Assembly: GCA_963810875.1 (NCBI GenBank)
Contig: CAWEPD010000006.1
Location: 260,078-324,077 of the forward strand
Reading direction: 5' to 3'
Length of the DNA stretch: 64,000 nt
From: an uncultured Gaiellaceae bacterium
Lineage (GTDB): Bacteria > Actinomycetota > Thermoleophilia > Gaiellales > Gaiellaceae
In this document: piece by piece, positions 1 to 7,544 of the stretch
How the letters are laid out: the number at the start of each line of letters is the position of its first letter
Position numbering within the stretch: position 1 is the first letter of the stretch
The notes under the pieces: model-generated
What the model was told of the DNA's origin: nothing
The model's database searches: none
The model's input: the letters and a program-made list of their open reading frames with translations, nothing else
Program-made: the position numbers and the translations under genes

Positions 1-208
1 GCTCCTCGCTCACGGCCGGGCCGTAGGAGTCCGCGGTGTCGACGAAGTCGATCCCGAGCTCGAGCGCCTCGCGGAGCACCGCCCTCGCCGACTCGCGGTC
101 GCGCGGCTCGCCCCAGATCCCGGTTCCCGTGATCCTCATCGCGCCGTAGCCGATCCGGTGCACCGGGATCCCGGCGACGAGCGTGCGGGAGGCTGGGACG
201 GCGCCCAT
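1..208 (-). CDS. aldo/keto reductase, N-terminal fragment (gene runs off the left edge)
   Basis: Reverse translation from the ATG at 208 gives [64 protein letters not shown], a canonical AKR N-terminus. Confidence 0.8.
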   Translation of the reverse strand, partial: MGAVPASRTLVAGIPVHRIGYGAMRITGTGIWGEPRDRESARAVLREALELGIDFVDTADSYGPAVSEE

Positions 209-216
209 CGGCTCGC

Positions 217-834
217 TTACGGCCGCTGCGGAACGGGAGCGGGCGCGAACGCCTCCTTGACGAGCTCGAGCACCTTCGAACGCTTGCCCTCCTCGACGGC
301 AACGAGCCCGCCGAGCTCGAGCCGCGCCAGCTCGACGCGACCCTCCGTGCGCACCGTCTGGAAGCCGAAGTCGGCGAGGAAGTCGCGCGGGAAGACGGTC
401 TTGTGGACGAGGAAGCGCTCGTAGGTCGATTCGCCCTCCGGGTAGCGGAACGCGAACGTCTCGAGCGCCCGGGCACCCTTGTCGCGCGCCTCGCCGATCG
501 CCGCCAGGAAGAGCGACTGCTCCACCCAGGGGCTCGCCGTCGAGACGAGGTAGACGCAGGTGACGAGCACGGCGTCGCCGGAGGGCGGCCCCGCCGGCAG
601 CTCCGCTGCGCGCGGGAAGAGCTCGCTCGGCCCGTACTGGATCGACCCGAGCAGCCGGCCGTCGTCGTCGTGGTAGAGGGCTCCCCAGGCGCCCCAGTCG
701 TCCTCGGCCTTCTCGATCCAGCGGTCCTTGCTCGCCTGTCGTCCCCCGCGGGATTGCCAGAAGACGCAGTCGTGGCAGACGGCCGGAGCGCGCTCGATCG
801 TGGCCCCGGTCAGCCCCTCGACGCGCGTCGCCAC
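217..834 (-). CDS. GNAT-like acetyltransferase-fold protein (family assignment tentative)
   Basis: 205-aa ORF with strong G/C third-position bias. It has an N-terminal CHDCVFWQ motif, and the C-terminal segment [34 protein letters not shown] resembles a GNAT acetyl-CoA fold. It lies 9 nt upstream of the AKR gene. Confidence 0.5.
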   Translation of the reverse strand: MATRVEGLTGATIERAPAVCHDCVFWQSRGGRQASKDRWIEKAEDDWGAWGALYHDDDGRLLGSIQYGPSELFPRAAELPAGPPSGDAVLVTCVYLVSTASPWVEQSLFLAAIGEARDKGARALETFAFRYPEGESTYERFLVHKTVFPRDFLADFGFQTVRTEGRVELARLELGGLVAVEEGKRSKVLELVKEAFAPAPVPQRP

Positions 835-837
835 CGG

Positions 838-1164
838 CTACGCCCTCGCGGCGGGCGGCTGGAACTCGTCCACGACGACGTCGACCCGATCGGGGCGGAC
901 GTCGGCCATCCGGGCGAGATAGTCGGCGACGCGCGCCTGCACCTGGGCGCCAACGGCGGGCGCACTTGCGCCCCAGTCGAGCGCGAGGTGGAGCTCGACG
1001 GCGATTCGTCCCGCATCCCGCGTCACCTTCGCCCCGTCGTGCCGGTGGAGTCCGTGCCGGGGCAGGCCGCTCCCGACGAGGTCGCGCACGCCGGAGACCT
1101 CGCGCGCGGCGTCGCCGGCATAGCGCGCGAGGATGTCGGTCGAGATCAGCGCGTGCCCCTCCAC
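838..1164 (-). CDS. Asp23/Gls24 family envelope stress protein
   Basis: 108-aa ORF starting [29 protein letters not shown], with a later VDVVVDEF segment, matches the typical Asp23 family pattern. Confidence 0.8.
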   Translation of the reverse strand: MEGHALISTDILARYAGDAAREVSGVRDLVGSGLPRHGLHRHDGAKVTRDAGRIAVELHLALDWGASAPAVGAQVQARVADYLARMADVRPDRVDVVVDEFQPPAARA

Positions 1165-1217
1165 GAGGGGTCAGTGTACGCGCGAGGCGACGGGTCGAGA
1201 CCGTCCGGATCGCTCGC

Positions 1218-2012
1218 TCAGGCCCGCCGCAGCACGAGCTCGGTCGCCTCGGGACGCGCGCAGAACCGGAACGGGACGAAGGTGGTGCCGATGCCCGGCG
1301 AGACGTGGAGCGTCGTCCCGGGGTAGCGGTAGATCCCGCGGTCGTCCCGGGCGAGCGGATGCGCGAAGCGAAAGCGGCCGCCAGGGTAGGGCAGGACGAT
1401 CTGACCGCCGTGCAGATGGCCGGCGAGGACGAGGTCGTAGGCGCCCGGTTCGAGAACCCGGGCGACGCCCGGAAAGTGGCAGAGCAGGATCCGCAGGTCG
1501 GCCGTCGCGTCGACGTGCCGCTCGGGCAGCGCTAGCCCGAGCGAGTACGACGCGGGGTCGACCCCGACGATCTGAACGCGCCGGCCTCGCAGCTCCACCA
1601 CTCGCGACTCGTCGGCGAGGAGGTCGGTCGCGCCGAGCTCGAGGAGCTCGACCGGCTGCGAGAAGGGATCGTGGGAGTCCGCCCGATCGTGGTTCCCGAG
1701 CACCGCGTAGGCAGGCCCGAGCCGCTCGAGCAGCCGGCGGAGCAGCGGCTCCCCGCGGGGGCGCGAGAGCAGATCGCCGGTGATGCAGACGAGATCCGGC
1801 TTCCGGGACATCACCCAGCTCACGGCCCGCTCGGCAGCGACGGACCCGCGCGAGGGCATGCCGAGGTGGAAGTCCGAGAGGTGCGCGACCCGGAGCCCGT
1901 CGAGCTCGGCGGGCAGGCCGGCGAGCGGCACCTCGAGCACGCGCGTCCGCAGCCAGCCGGCTTCGAACCAGCCGTAGGCCGCAGCTCCTGCGAGGAGCGC
2001 CGCCCCGCCCAT
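1218..2012 (-). CDS. metallophosphoesterase (calcineurin-like), N-terminal membrane helix
   Basis: Motifs DFHLG, GDLL, GNHD and GHLHGG are present. The start ATG at 2012 was located by counting 264 aa back from the stop at 1218. The upstream part of the 619-aa track ORF is Arg/Ala-rich off-frame noise. Confidence 0.85.
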   Translation of the reverse strand: MGGAALLAGAAAYGWFEAGWLRTRVLEVPLAGLPAELDGLRVAHLSDFHLGMPSRGSVAAERAVSWVMSRKPDLVCITGDLLSRPRGEPLLRRLLERLGPAYAVLGNHDRADSHDPFSQPVELLELGATDLLADESRVVELRGRRVQIVGVDPASYSLGLALPERHVDATADLRILLCHFPGVARVLEPGAYDLVLAGHLHGGQIVLPYPGGRFRFAHPLARDDRGIYRYPGTTLHVSPGIGTTFVPFRFCARPEATELVLRRA

Positions 2013-2026
2013 CGAGCGCCGTGCGG

Positions 2027-2911
2027 TCAGACGCTCAGCTTGTCCAGCATCGGCTCCACCGAGACGACGTGGCGCCTGAACTTCAGCTCCGCCTCCTGGA
2101 AGCCCGCCGCGACCCCGATCAGCTGCGAGAGGTGCAGGATCGGCATCTGGAAGTCCTTGCCGGTCTGCTGCTTCAGCTTCGACTGCCACGCGTCGAGCGA
2201 GAGGTGGCAGAGCGGGCACGGGGTCACGATCGCGTCGGCGCCGGCCTCCTTGGCCTGCTCGATCGGCTGGATCAGCTCGCCGAGCGCGGTCTCCTCCCGG
2301 GCCTGGATGATCGGGAAGCCGCAGCACTTGATCTTGGCCGGATAGTCGACCGCCTCGCCGCCGCACGCCTCGATGATCCGCTCGAGCGACGAGGGCCGGT
2401 CGGGATCCTCGAACCCGAGGAGCTTGGAGGGGCGCAGGATCTGGCAGCCGTAAAAGGGCGCGATCTTTAGGCCCTTCAGGCCCTTGTGCGCGGCCGCCTT
2501 GAGCAGGTCGTACCCCTCGCCCTCGGCGACCAGCCAGAGGAAGTGGCGGACGTCGACGCTGCCGCGGTACTCGGGGACGCCGACCTTCGCCAGGTTCTTG
2601 TTCACCCGCTCCAGCAGTGCCTCGTCGCCCTGGAGCTGGAAGTTCGCCTGCCGCAGGTTGAGCGTGCAGACGTTGCACACCGTCATCAGCGTCTCGCAGC
2701 CGGTCGCCTCGGCGTAGGCGAGGATCCGCGCGTTCAGGTGGAGGTAGTAGTCCGGCTCGGCCTCGTGGATGTCGCCGGCGCCGCAGCAGGTGACCGTCTC
2801 CAGCTCGACGAGCTCGAGCCCGACCTTGGGTGAGAGCGCCTGCGTGGAGATGTCGAGCTCCTTCGCCGAGAGCGAGGCGAGGCAGCCCTTGTAGTAGGCG
2901 ACCTTGTTCAC
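2027..2911 (-). CDS. HdrB-like cysteine-rich (2x CCG domain) subunit of a non-classical succinate dehydrogenase/fumarate reductase (SdhE/SdhC type)
   Basis: The 294-aa protein starts VNKVAYYKGC and carries two CCG motifs (TCCGAGD and KCCGFP). The GTG start at 2911 overlaps the sdhB stop in a GTGA arrangement. Confidence 0.8.
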   Translation of the reverse strand: MNKVAYYKGCLASLSAKELDISTQALSPKVGLELVELETVTCCGAGDIHEAEPDYYLHLNARILAYAEATGCETLMTVCNVCTLNLRQANFQLQGDEALLERVNKNLAKVGVPEYRGSVDVRHFLWLVAEGEGYDLLKAAAHKGLKGLKIAPFYGCQILRPSKLLGFEDPDRPSSLERIIEACGGEAVDYPAKIKCCGFPIIQAREETALGELIQPIEQAKEAGADAIVTPCPLCHLSLDAWQSKLKQQTGKDFQMPILHLSQLIGVAAGFQEAELKFRRHVVSVEPMLDKLSV

Positions 2912-4020
2912 GCTCCGCCCCCGGGCTTCTTCGTCGGCTGCTCGCCGGGCGAGACGTCCGCCTGGTCGCGGCTGCCGACGCCCGTGTCTCCCCCGCCGCC
3001 GCTCGCGTGGCCGACCTCGTGCTCGAGCCGGGAGAGCGCCCGCTCGCCCTGGACGATCCCCATGGCCCCGTCGACACCCTGCTCCTGAACCAGCTCGAAG
3101 AGCGCGCGCGACTCCTTGACGCCCTCGGCGACGTGCGGCGGGAAGGGCGGCGGCACCTTTCCCTTGACCGCCAGGCCCATCGCGAACTTCATCTCCTTGA
3201 TCGAGGAGACGATTCCCTGCGTCTTGGGCACGAGCTCGGTCTCGCGCAGCCAGCCGGTCGTCTTCGCCGAATGGACGAACCACTTCGCGTGCTTCGCGCC
3301 CATGTCCTCGTCGATCCCGGCCTTCATCGCCTCGGCGCCGAGCTTCGCGATCGCGTCGCGCGGATCGACGCCCTTCGGGCAGCGCTCGTTGCAGAAGTAG
3401 CAGCGCGTGCAGTCCCAGATCCCGTGCTCGGCGCTGTACTGGTCGAGCCGCTCCGCCTTCGCGGCGTCGCGCGGGTCGCCGACGAAGCGCATCCCCTTCG
3501 CGAGCGCCTGCGGACCGAGGAACTCCGGGTCGGACTCCATCGAGTTGCACTCCGAAACGCAGCAGCCGCAGTTGATGCAGAGCGACTCCTTGTGGATCAC
3601 GTTCATCCGCTCCTGCGAGATCACGTGCTCCTCGTCGGCCGGCGGCTGGTCGTAGCCGGGCTGGAGCCACGGCTTCATCGCCTTGAACTTCTGCCAGAAG
3701 GGATCCATGTCGACGACGAGGTCCTTCACGATCGGCAGGTTCCCCATCGCCGAGATCACGGGCGCGTGGCCCGCGTTCGCGATCTCGTACATCCGCACCT
3801 TGCAGGCGAGCACGGCGCCCCCGTCCATCCGCATCCCGCAGGAGCCGCAGATCATCATCCGGCAGCTCTTGCGGTAGGCGAGCGAGCCGTCGAGCCGGTC
3901 CTTGACGATGTCGAGGCAGTCGAGCAGCGTCGCCTCCTCGGGCGCATCGACCTCGTACTCCTTGAGCGCACGGTTGCCCGTCGTCGAGTCGTAGCGCCAG
4001 ATCTTCAGGCCGACCTGCAT
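2908..4020 (-). CDS. sdhB: succinate dehydrogenase/fumarate reductase iron-sulfur subunit with ~125-aa C-terminal extension
   Basis: The protein starts MQVGLKIWRY. It has a 2Fe-2S motif (CRMMICGSCG) and ferredoxin-type clusters (CINCGCCVSEC and CTRCYFCNERCP). It is 370 aa, and its ATG at 4020 shares 1 nt with the sdhA stop. Confidence 0.85.
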   Translation of the reverse strand: MQVGLKIWRYDSTTGNRALKEYEVDAPEEATLLDCLDIVKDRLDGSLAYRKSCRMMICGSCGMRMDGGAVLACKVRMYEIANAGHAPVISAMGNLPIVKDLVVDMDPFWQKFKAMKPWLQPGYDQPPADEEHVISQERMNVIHKESLCINCGCCVSECNSMESDPEFLGPQALAKGMRFVGDPRDAAKAERLDQYSAEHGIWDCTRCYFCNERCPKGVDPRDAIAKLGAEAMKAGIDEDMGAKHAKWFVHSAKTTGWLRETELVPKTQGIVSSIKEMKFAMGLAVKGKVPPPFPPHVAEGVKESRALFELVQEQGVDGAMGIVQGERALSRLEHEVGHASGGGGDTGVGSRDQADVSPGEQPTKKPGGGA

Positions 4021-5702
4021 CAGTACTTCCTCTCCTCGGGGAGGTATTTGGTGAAGCGCACATCCTTGTACGAGAGCTCGGGAGCGCCGTCGACCCAGCG
4101 CGTGATCGAGTGGCGCATGAAGTTCTCGTCGTCGCGCGTGGGGTAGTCGTGCGGGCGGGAGTGGGCGCCGCGGCTCTCCCTGCGCGCGATCCCGGCCTGG
4201 AGCATGCACGCGGCGACGTCGAGCAGGTAGCCGAGCTCGAGCGCCTGGGTCAGGTCGGAGTTGAAGACCTCGCCCTTGTCCTCGACGACGACGGTCGGGT
4301 AGCGCTCGCGGAGGTCGTCGATGATCCCGATCTGCTTCGCCATCTGCTCCTCGCGGCGGAAGACGCCGAAGTTCTCGAGCATCGTCTGGCCGAGCTCGTC
4401 GCGGATCTTCCACGGCCGCTCGCCCTCCGTGCGCGCCAGCAGGCCCTTCAGCTCGCGTTCCGCGTCGCGTGTCGCCGAGACCGGCACCTCCACGGTCGTG
4501 TGCGAGAGCGCCCACTCGGCGGCCGCCTGGCCCGAGCGCCGGCCGAACGTGATCGTCTCCATCAGCGAGTTGCCGCCGAGCCGGTTCGCGCCGTGGACCG
4601 AGACGCACGCGACCTCGCCGGCGGCGTAGAGGCCGGTCAGCTCGGTCAGGCCGTCGGTGTCCGTCTCGACGCCGCCCATGTGGTAGTGGGCGCCGGGGCG
4701 AACCGGGATCGGCTCCTGGATCGGGTCGACGCCCGCGTAGACCATCGCCAGCTCGCGCGAGCCCGGCAGCCGGGTGAGGATCCGCTCGGCGCCGAGGTGC
4801 GTCAGGTCGAGGAGGACGGAGCCGTTGATCCCGCGGCCCTCGTCGATCTCGGTCTGCTCCGAGCGCGAGACCACGTCGCGGCTCGCGAGGTCCTTCGCGG
4901 TCGGCGCGTAGCGCTCCATGAAGCGCTCGCCCTCGGAGTTCCGCAGGATCCCGCCCTCGCCGCGGCACCCCTCGGTGATCAGGATCCCGCTCGGGTACAT
5001 CGTCGTCGGGTGGAACTGCATGAACTCGATGTCCTTCAGCGGTAGCCCCGCGCGCAGCGCCATCGACATCCCGTCGCCGGTGCACGCGTACGCGTTCGTG
5101 GTCGCGCGGTAGAGGCGGCCGACGCCGCCCGTCGCGAGCAGCACCGTCTTGCCGCCGAACGCCTTCAGGCCGCCGTGGAGGAGGTCCCACGCGATCACGC
5201 CCTGGCAGCGGTCCTCGTGGATCACGAGCTGCCAGGCGAAGAACTCCTCGTAGACCGTGATGTCGCGCTTGACGAGCTGCTCGTAGAGCACCTGGATCAG
5301 GACGTGGCCGGTGATGTCGGCGGCGTAGACCGTGCGCGGCGAGCCGGCGGCGCCGAACGGGCGCTGCGCGAGCTTGCCGTCGTCCGCGCGCGAGAAGATC
5401 GCCCCCCACTGCTCGAGCTGGTAGATGTCGAGCGGCGCCTCGCGGGTGAAGATCTCGATCGAGTCCTGGTCGCCGAGGTAGTCGGAGCCCTTGACCGTGT
5501 CGAACGCGTGTGACTCGGGGCTGTCCTCGCCCGCGTTCCCGAGGGCCGCGTTGATCCCGCCCTCGGCGGCGCCCGAGTGGCTGCGGGTCGGGTGGAGCTT
5601 CGAGATGATCGCGACATCCGCACCGGCGTCGTGAGCCTCGATCGCAGCGCGCATCCCCGCGCAACCGGCCCCGATCACGAGTACGTCGTGCTTTGCGTCC
5701 AC
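4020..5702 (-). CDS. sdhA: succinate dehydrogenase/fumarate reductase flavoprotein subunit
   Basis: 560 aa with a VLVIGAGCAGMRAA FAD fold, a HPTRSHSGAAEGG covalent-FAD His region and an RGEGG segment. The start codon is GTG. Confidence 0.95.
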   Translation of the reverse strand: MDAKHDVLVIGAGCAGMRAAIEAHDAGADVAIISKLHPTRSHSGAAEGGINAALGNAGEDSPESHAFDTVKGSDYLGDQDSIEIFTREAPLDIYQLEQWGAIFSRADDGKLAQRPFGAAGSPRTVYAADITGHVLIQVLYEQLVKRDITVYEEFFAWQLVIHEDRCQGVIAWDLLHGGLKAFGGKTVLLATGGVGRLYRATTNAYACTGDGMSMALRAGLPLKDIEFMQFHPTTMYPSGILITEGCRGEGGILRNSEGERFMERYAPTAKDLASRDVVSRSEQTEIDEGRGINGSVLLDLTHLGAERILTRLPGSRELAMVYAGVDPIQEPIPVRPGAHYHMGGVETDTDGLTELTGLYAAGEVACVSVHGANRLGGNSLMETITFGRRSGQAAAEWALSHTTVEVPVSATRDAERELKGLLARTEGERPWKIRDELGQTMLENFGVFRREEQMAKQIGIIDDLRERYPTVVVEDKGEVFNSDLTQALELGYLLDVAACMLQAGIARRESRGAHSRPHDYPTRDDENFMRHSITRWVDGAPELSYKDVRFTKYLPEERKY

Positions 5703-5762
5703 CGAGAGTTGACGCTACCGAATCGACACCGGCCCCGGCGCACGGAAGCGCGAGGATCCGGA

Positions 5763-6845
5763 TCAGGGCCGTGAGAGGGTGAGGTCGAAGCGGCCGGGCA
5801 GGCCATTCCGTGTGACGCGAATCGCGGCCTTCCGAATCCCGCATCCCAGGTGCGAGAGCCGTCGGGTCGTCGCTCCAGACCAGCGACCCGACGCAAGCAC
5901 GGCGCGCCCGTCGGCCGTCACGAGCTCGAGCCCGTCGAGCCGGCCGGCCGGAAGCCGCAGGTCGACGACGATCTCTCCATCGAGCGGGAGAGCGACTGGG
6001 ACGAGCAGGCGGCGCGGGCCTTTCGCGGTCAGGCGACGCGTGAGCGTCTGCCTGACAGCTGTCGACCACGGAGCGGTCACGTCCTGCGCGACCGCGTCGA
6101 GCGCCGCCGGGTCGGGGTAGAAGCTGCCGTCGACGAGGCCCCAGCCGAAGGGAATCCCGGCACGCGCCTCGTTTGCGGCGCGATACGCCTCGGCGAAAGC
6201 CTCGGCGGGGTCGAGTCGATAGTTGTCGCCGCCGTCAGCTGGAAAGGCCGTCTTGGCGGCCGCGCGGCGGCAGACGTCCTCCACGGTTGCCCAGCGCTTC
6301 GGGCCCCAGTCGAGGGCCCGCCAGGGCGGATTCGTGCGGTGCGCTGCGACGTGGTGGCCGTACTCGTGGCGGGCGATCTCCTCCGGGCTGACTCCGTCGA
6401 CCGAATCGCCGCTGATCACGAGCTCGTTGCCGCCGTAGCAGCCGAGCGCGTGCGGTCCGCAGAGCTCAGTGACTTCCGTGGGCGGCGCGATCATGATCGT
6501 CGCGAGCCGCAGCTCGTCGGCGTGCATCAGGCCGGCGAAGAAGTCGGCCCATGACTGCGGCGATACCAGCTCGGGCGGATAGGCGTCGGAGACGTGCACC
6601 GTCACTTGCTCGCCCGACGCGGCGACCAGCGGGCCGCCGTGCCAGGCTAGCGATCGCCGCTTCCGAGTGGGAGCCCGCCCCGCGTCGGCGGTAAGCCCGT
6701 ACGGTGCGGCGTAGAGAGCGTCCCGAAGACGACCTGAGCCGTCTCCGGGGACACCGGCGGTCCAGGCGGCGGCGATGGTGGTCGCGAGCGCGCAGAGCGC
6801 CGCAGCCGCCGCCTGGGATCGCCGGTTGCGAGCTACTTGAGACAA
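5763..6845 (-). CDS. secreted hypothetical protein with HExxH (HEYGHH) putative zinc-metallopeptidase motif
   Basis: Signal-like N-terminus RNRRSQAAAAALCALATTIAAAW, and the motif ARHEYGHHVAAH. The start is ambiguous between TTG at 6845 (13-nt overlap with the upstream gene) and TTG at 6908 (76-nt overlap). Confidence 0.65.
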   Translation of the reverse strand: MSQVARNRRSQAAAAALCALATTIAAAWTAGVPGDGSGRLRDALYAAPYGLTADAGRAPTRKRRSLAWHGGPLVAASGEQVTVHVSDAYPPELVSPQSWADFFAGLMHADELRLATIMIAPPTEVTELCGPHALGCYGGNELVISGDSVDGVSPEEIARHEYGHHVAAHRTNPPWRALDWGPKRWATVEDVCRRAAAKTAFPADGGDNYRLDPAEAFAEAYRAANEARAGIPFGWGLVDGSFYPDPAALDAVAQDVTAPWSTAVRQTLTRRLTAKGPRRLLVPVALPLDGEIVVDLRLPAGRLDGLELVTADGRAVLASGRWSGATTRRLSHLGCGIRKAAIRVTRNGLPGRFDLTLSRP

Positions 6846-7312
6846 ACCGCGTAGACCGTCCCGGAAGCGCCGTTCGTTTCCGACAGGTTGGCGAGGTAGA
6901 TCTGCCAACCGCTGCCGTCGCCGGTCGGCAACGAGTCGAGCGCGACCACGAATGCGTCGCTGTCGTATCCGAAGCCTCCGCCTACCGCCTTCTCGCCCGA
7001 GCCGCAGGTTGCGGTGAACGTCGCCCCCCTGTCGGCAGTGAGCGAGAACGCCGCGGTCTTGGTCGAGACGAGCCCGGCTGCAGTGCTGGCCGGGCCGGGC
7101 AGCTGCCCCGCCTGCTGCACCATCGCGGTTGTGGCCTGAGGGCCGAGCTTCTTCGCCACGTCAGCCACAGCGGCCTGCTTTGCCTTGTCCGCCGTGAGCG
7201 CCCGCTTCGCGAGCGGTACGACACCGGCGGCAACCGCCGTCCCGCCGAGCGAGACGAAGAGCGCGATCAAGGCGACCACAAGCGAGGGGCTCAGGTGCTT
7301 GCGAACCATCAT
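6833..7312 (-). CDS. secreted/membrane-anchored hypothetical protein (159 aa)
   Basis: N-terminal hydrophobic helix LVVALIALFVSLGG, Cys pair TATCGSG...VYAVCLK, and the RBS AAAGGAGAAGG 5 nt upstream. The ATG overlaps the stop of the upstream small ORF (ATGA). Confidence 0.75.
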   Translation of the reverse strand: MMVRKHLSPSLVVALIALFVSLGGTAVAAGVVPLAKRALTADKAKQAAVADVAKKLGPQATTAMVQQAGQLPGPASTAAGLVSTKTAAFSLTADRGATFTATCGSGEKAVGGGFGYDSDAFVVALDSLPTGDGSGWQIYLANLSETNGASGTVYAVCLK

Positions 7313-7470
7313 TCCTTCTCCTTTCGCCGCGCCTCACCGGGCCTACAGCCCTCGGCGCGGAACGCGTCGACGACGGCGAGGTAGCGCTGGATCTCCTCCA
7401 CCAGCGCTTCAGCGTCGATCTGCCGACTCTGCTTCTCCATGACGTGACGAGCGTGCGCGACGCCGCCCAT
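7309..7470 (-). CDS. conserved small ORF (53 codons), paralog of 10029..10184
   Basis: MGGVAHARHVMEKQSRQIDAEALVEEIQRYLAVVDAFRAEGCRPGEARRKEKE. It shares MGG, IDxEAL, EIQRYLAVV and RKEK with the second copy and has G/C-rich third positions. The stop overlaps the next ATG. An alternative start is the internal ATG at 7440. Confidence 0.45.
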   Translation of the reverse strand: MGGVAHARHVMEKQSRQIDAEALVEEIQRYLAVVDAFRAEGCRPGEARRKEKE

Positions 7471-7494
7471 CGCGCTCTCATCCCGCGCTCATCC
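7466..7494 (-). promoter_or_regulatory. three 11-bp-phased direct repeats (GGATGAG, GGATGAG, CGATGGG); candidate winged-helix/SARP operator
   Basis: The minus strand reads GGATGAGcgcgGGATGAGagcgCGATGGG. The surrounding 34-nt block is 29/34 identical to 10175..10208. It sits just downstream of a terminator hairpin and just 5' of the small ORF. Confidence 0.45.
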
Positions 7495-7512
7495 AGCTGA
7501 AAGGAGCACGAC

Positions 7513-7538
7513 GGGCGGCCGCTTCCAAGCGACCGCCC
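7513..7538 (-). terminator. intrinsic terminator-like hairpin after the delta-60 repeat gene
   Basis: The minus-strand RNA folds as GGGCGGUCGC-uuggaa-GCGGCCGCCC (10-bp stem with one G-U pair), followed by a CUCCUUUC tract. It lies 7 nt past the stop at 7545. Confidence 0.55.
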
Positions 7539-7544
7539 AGTTCG

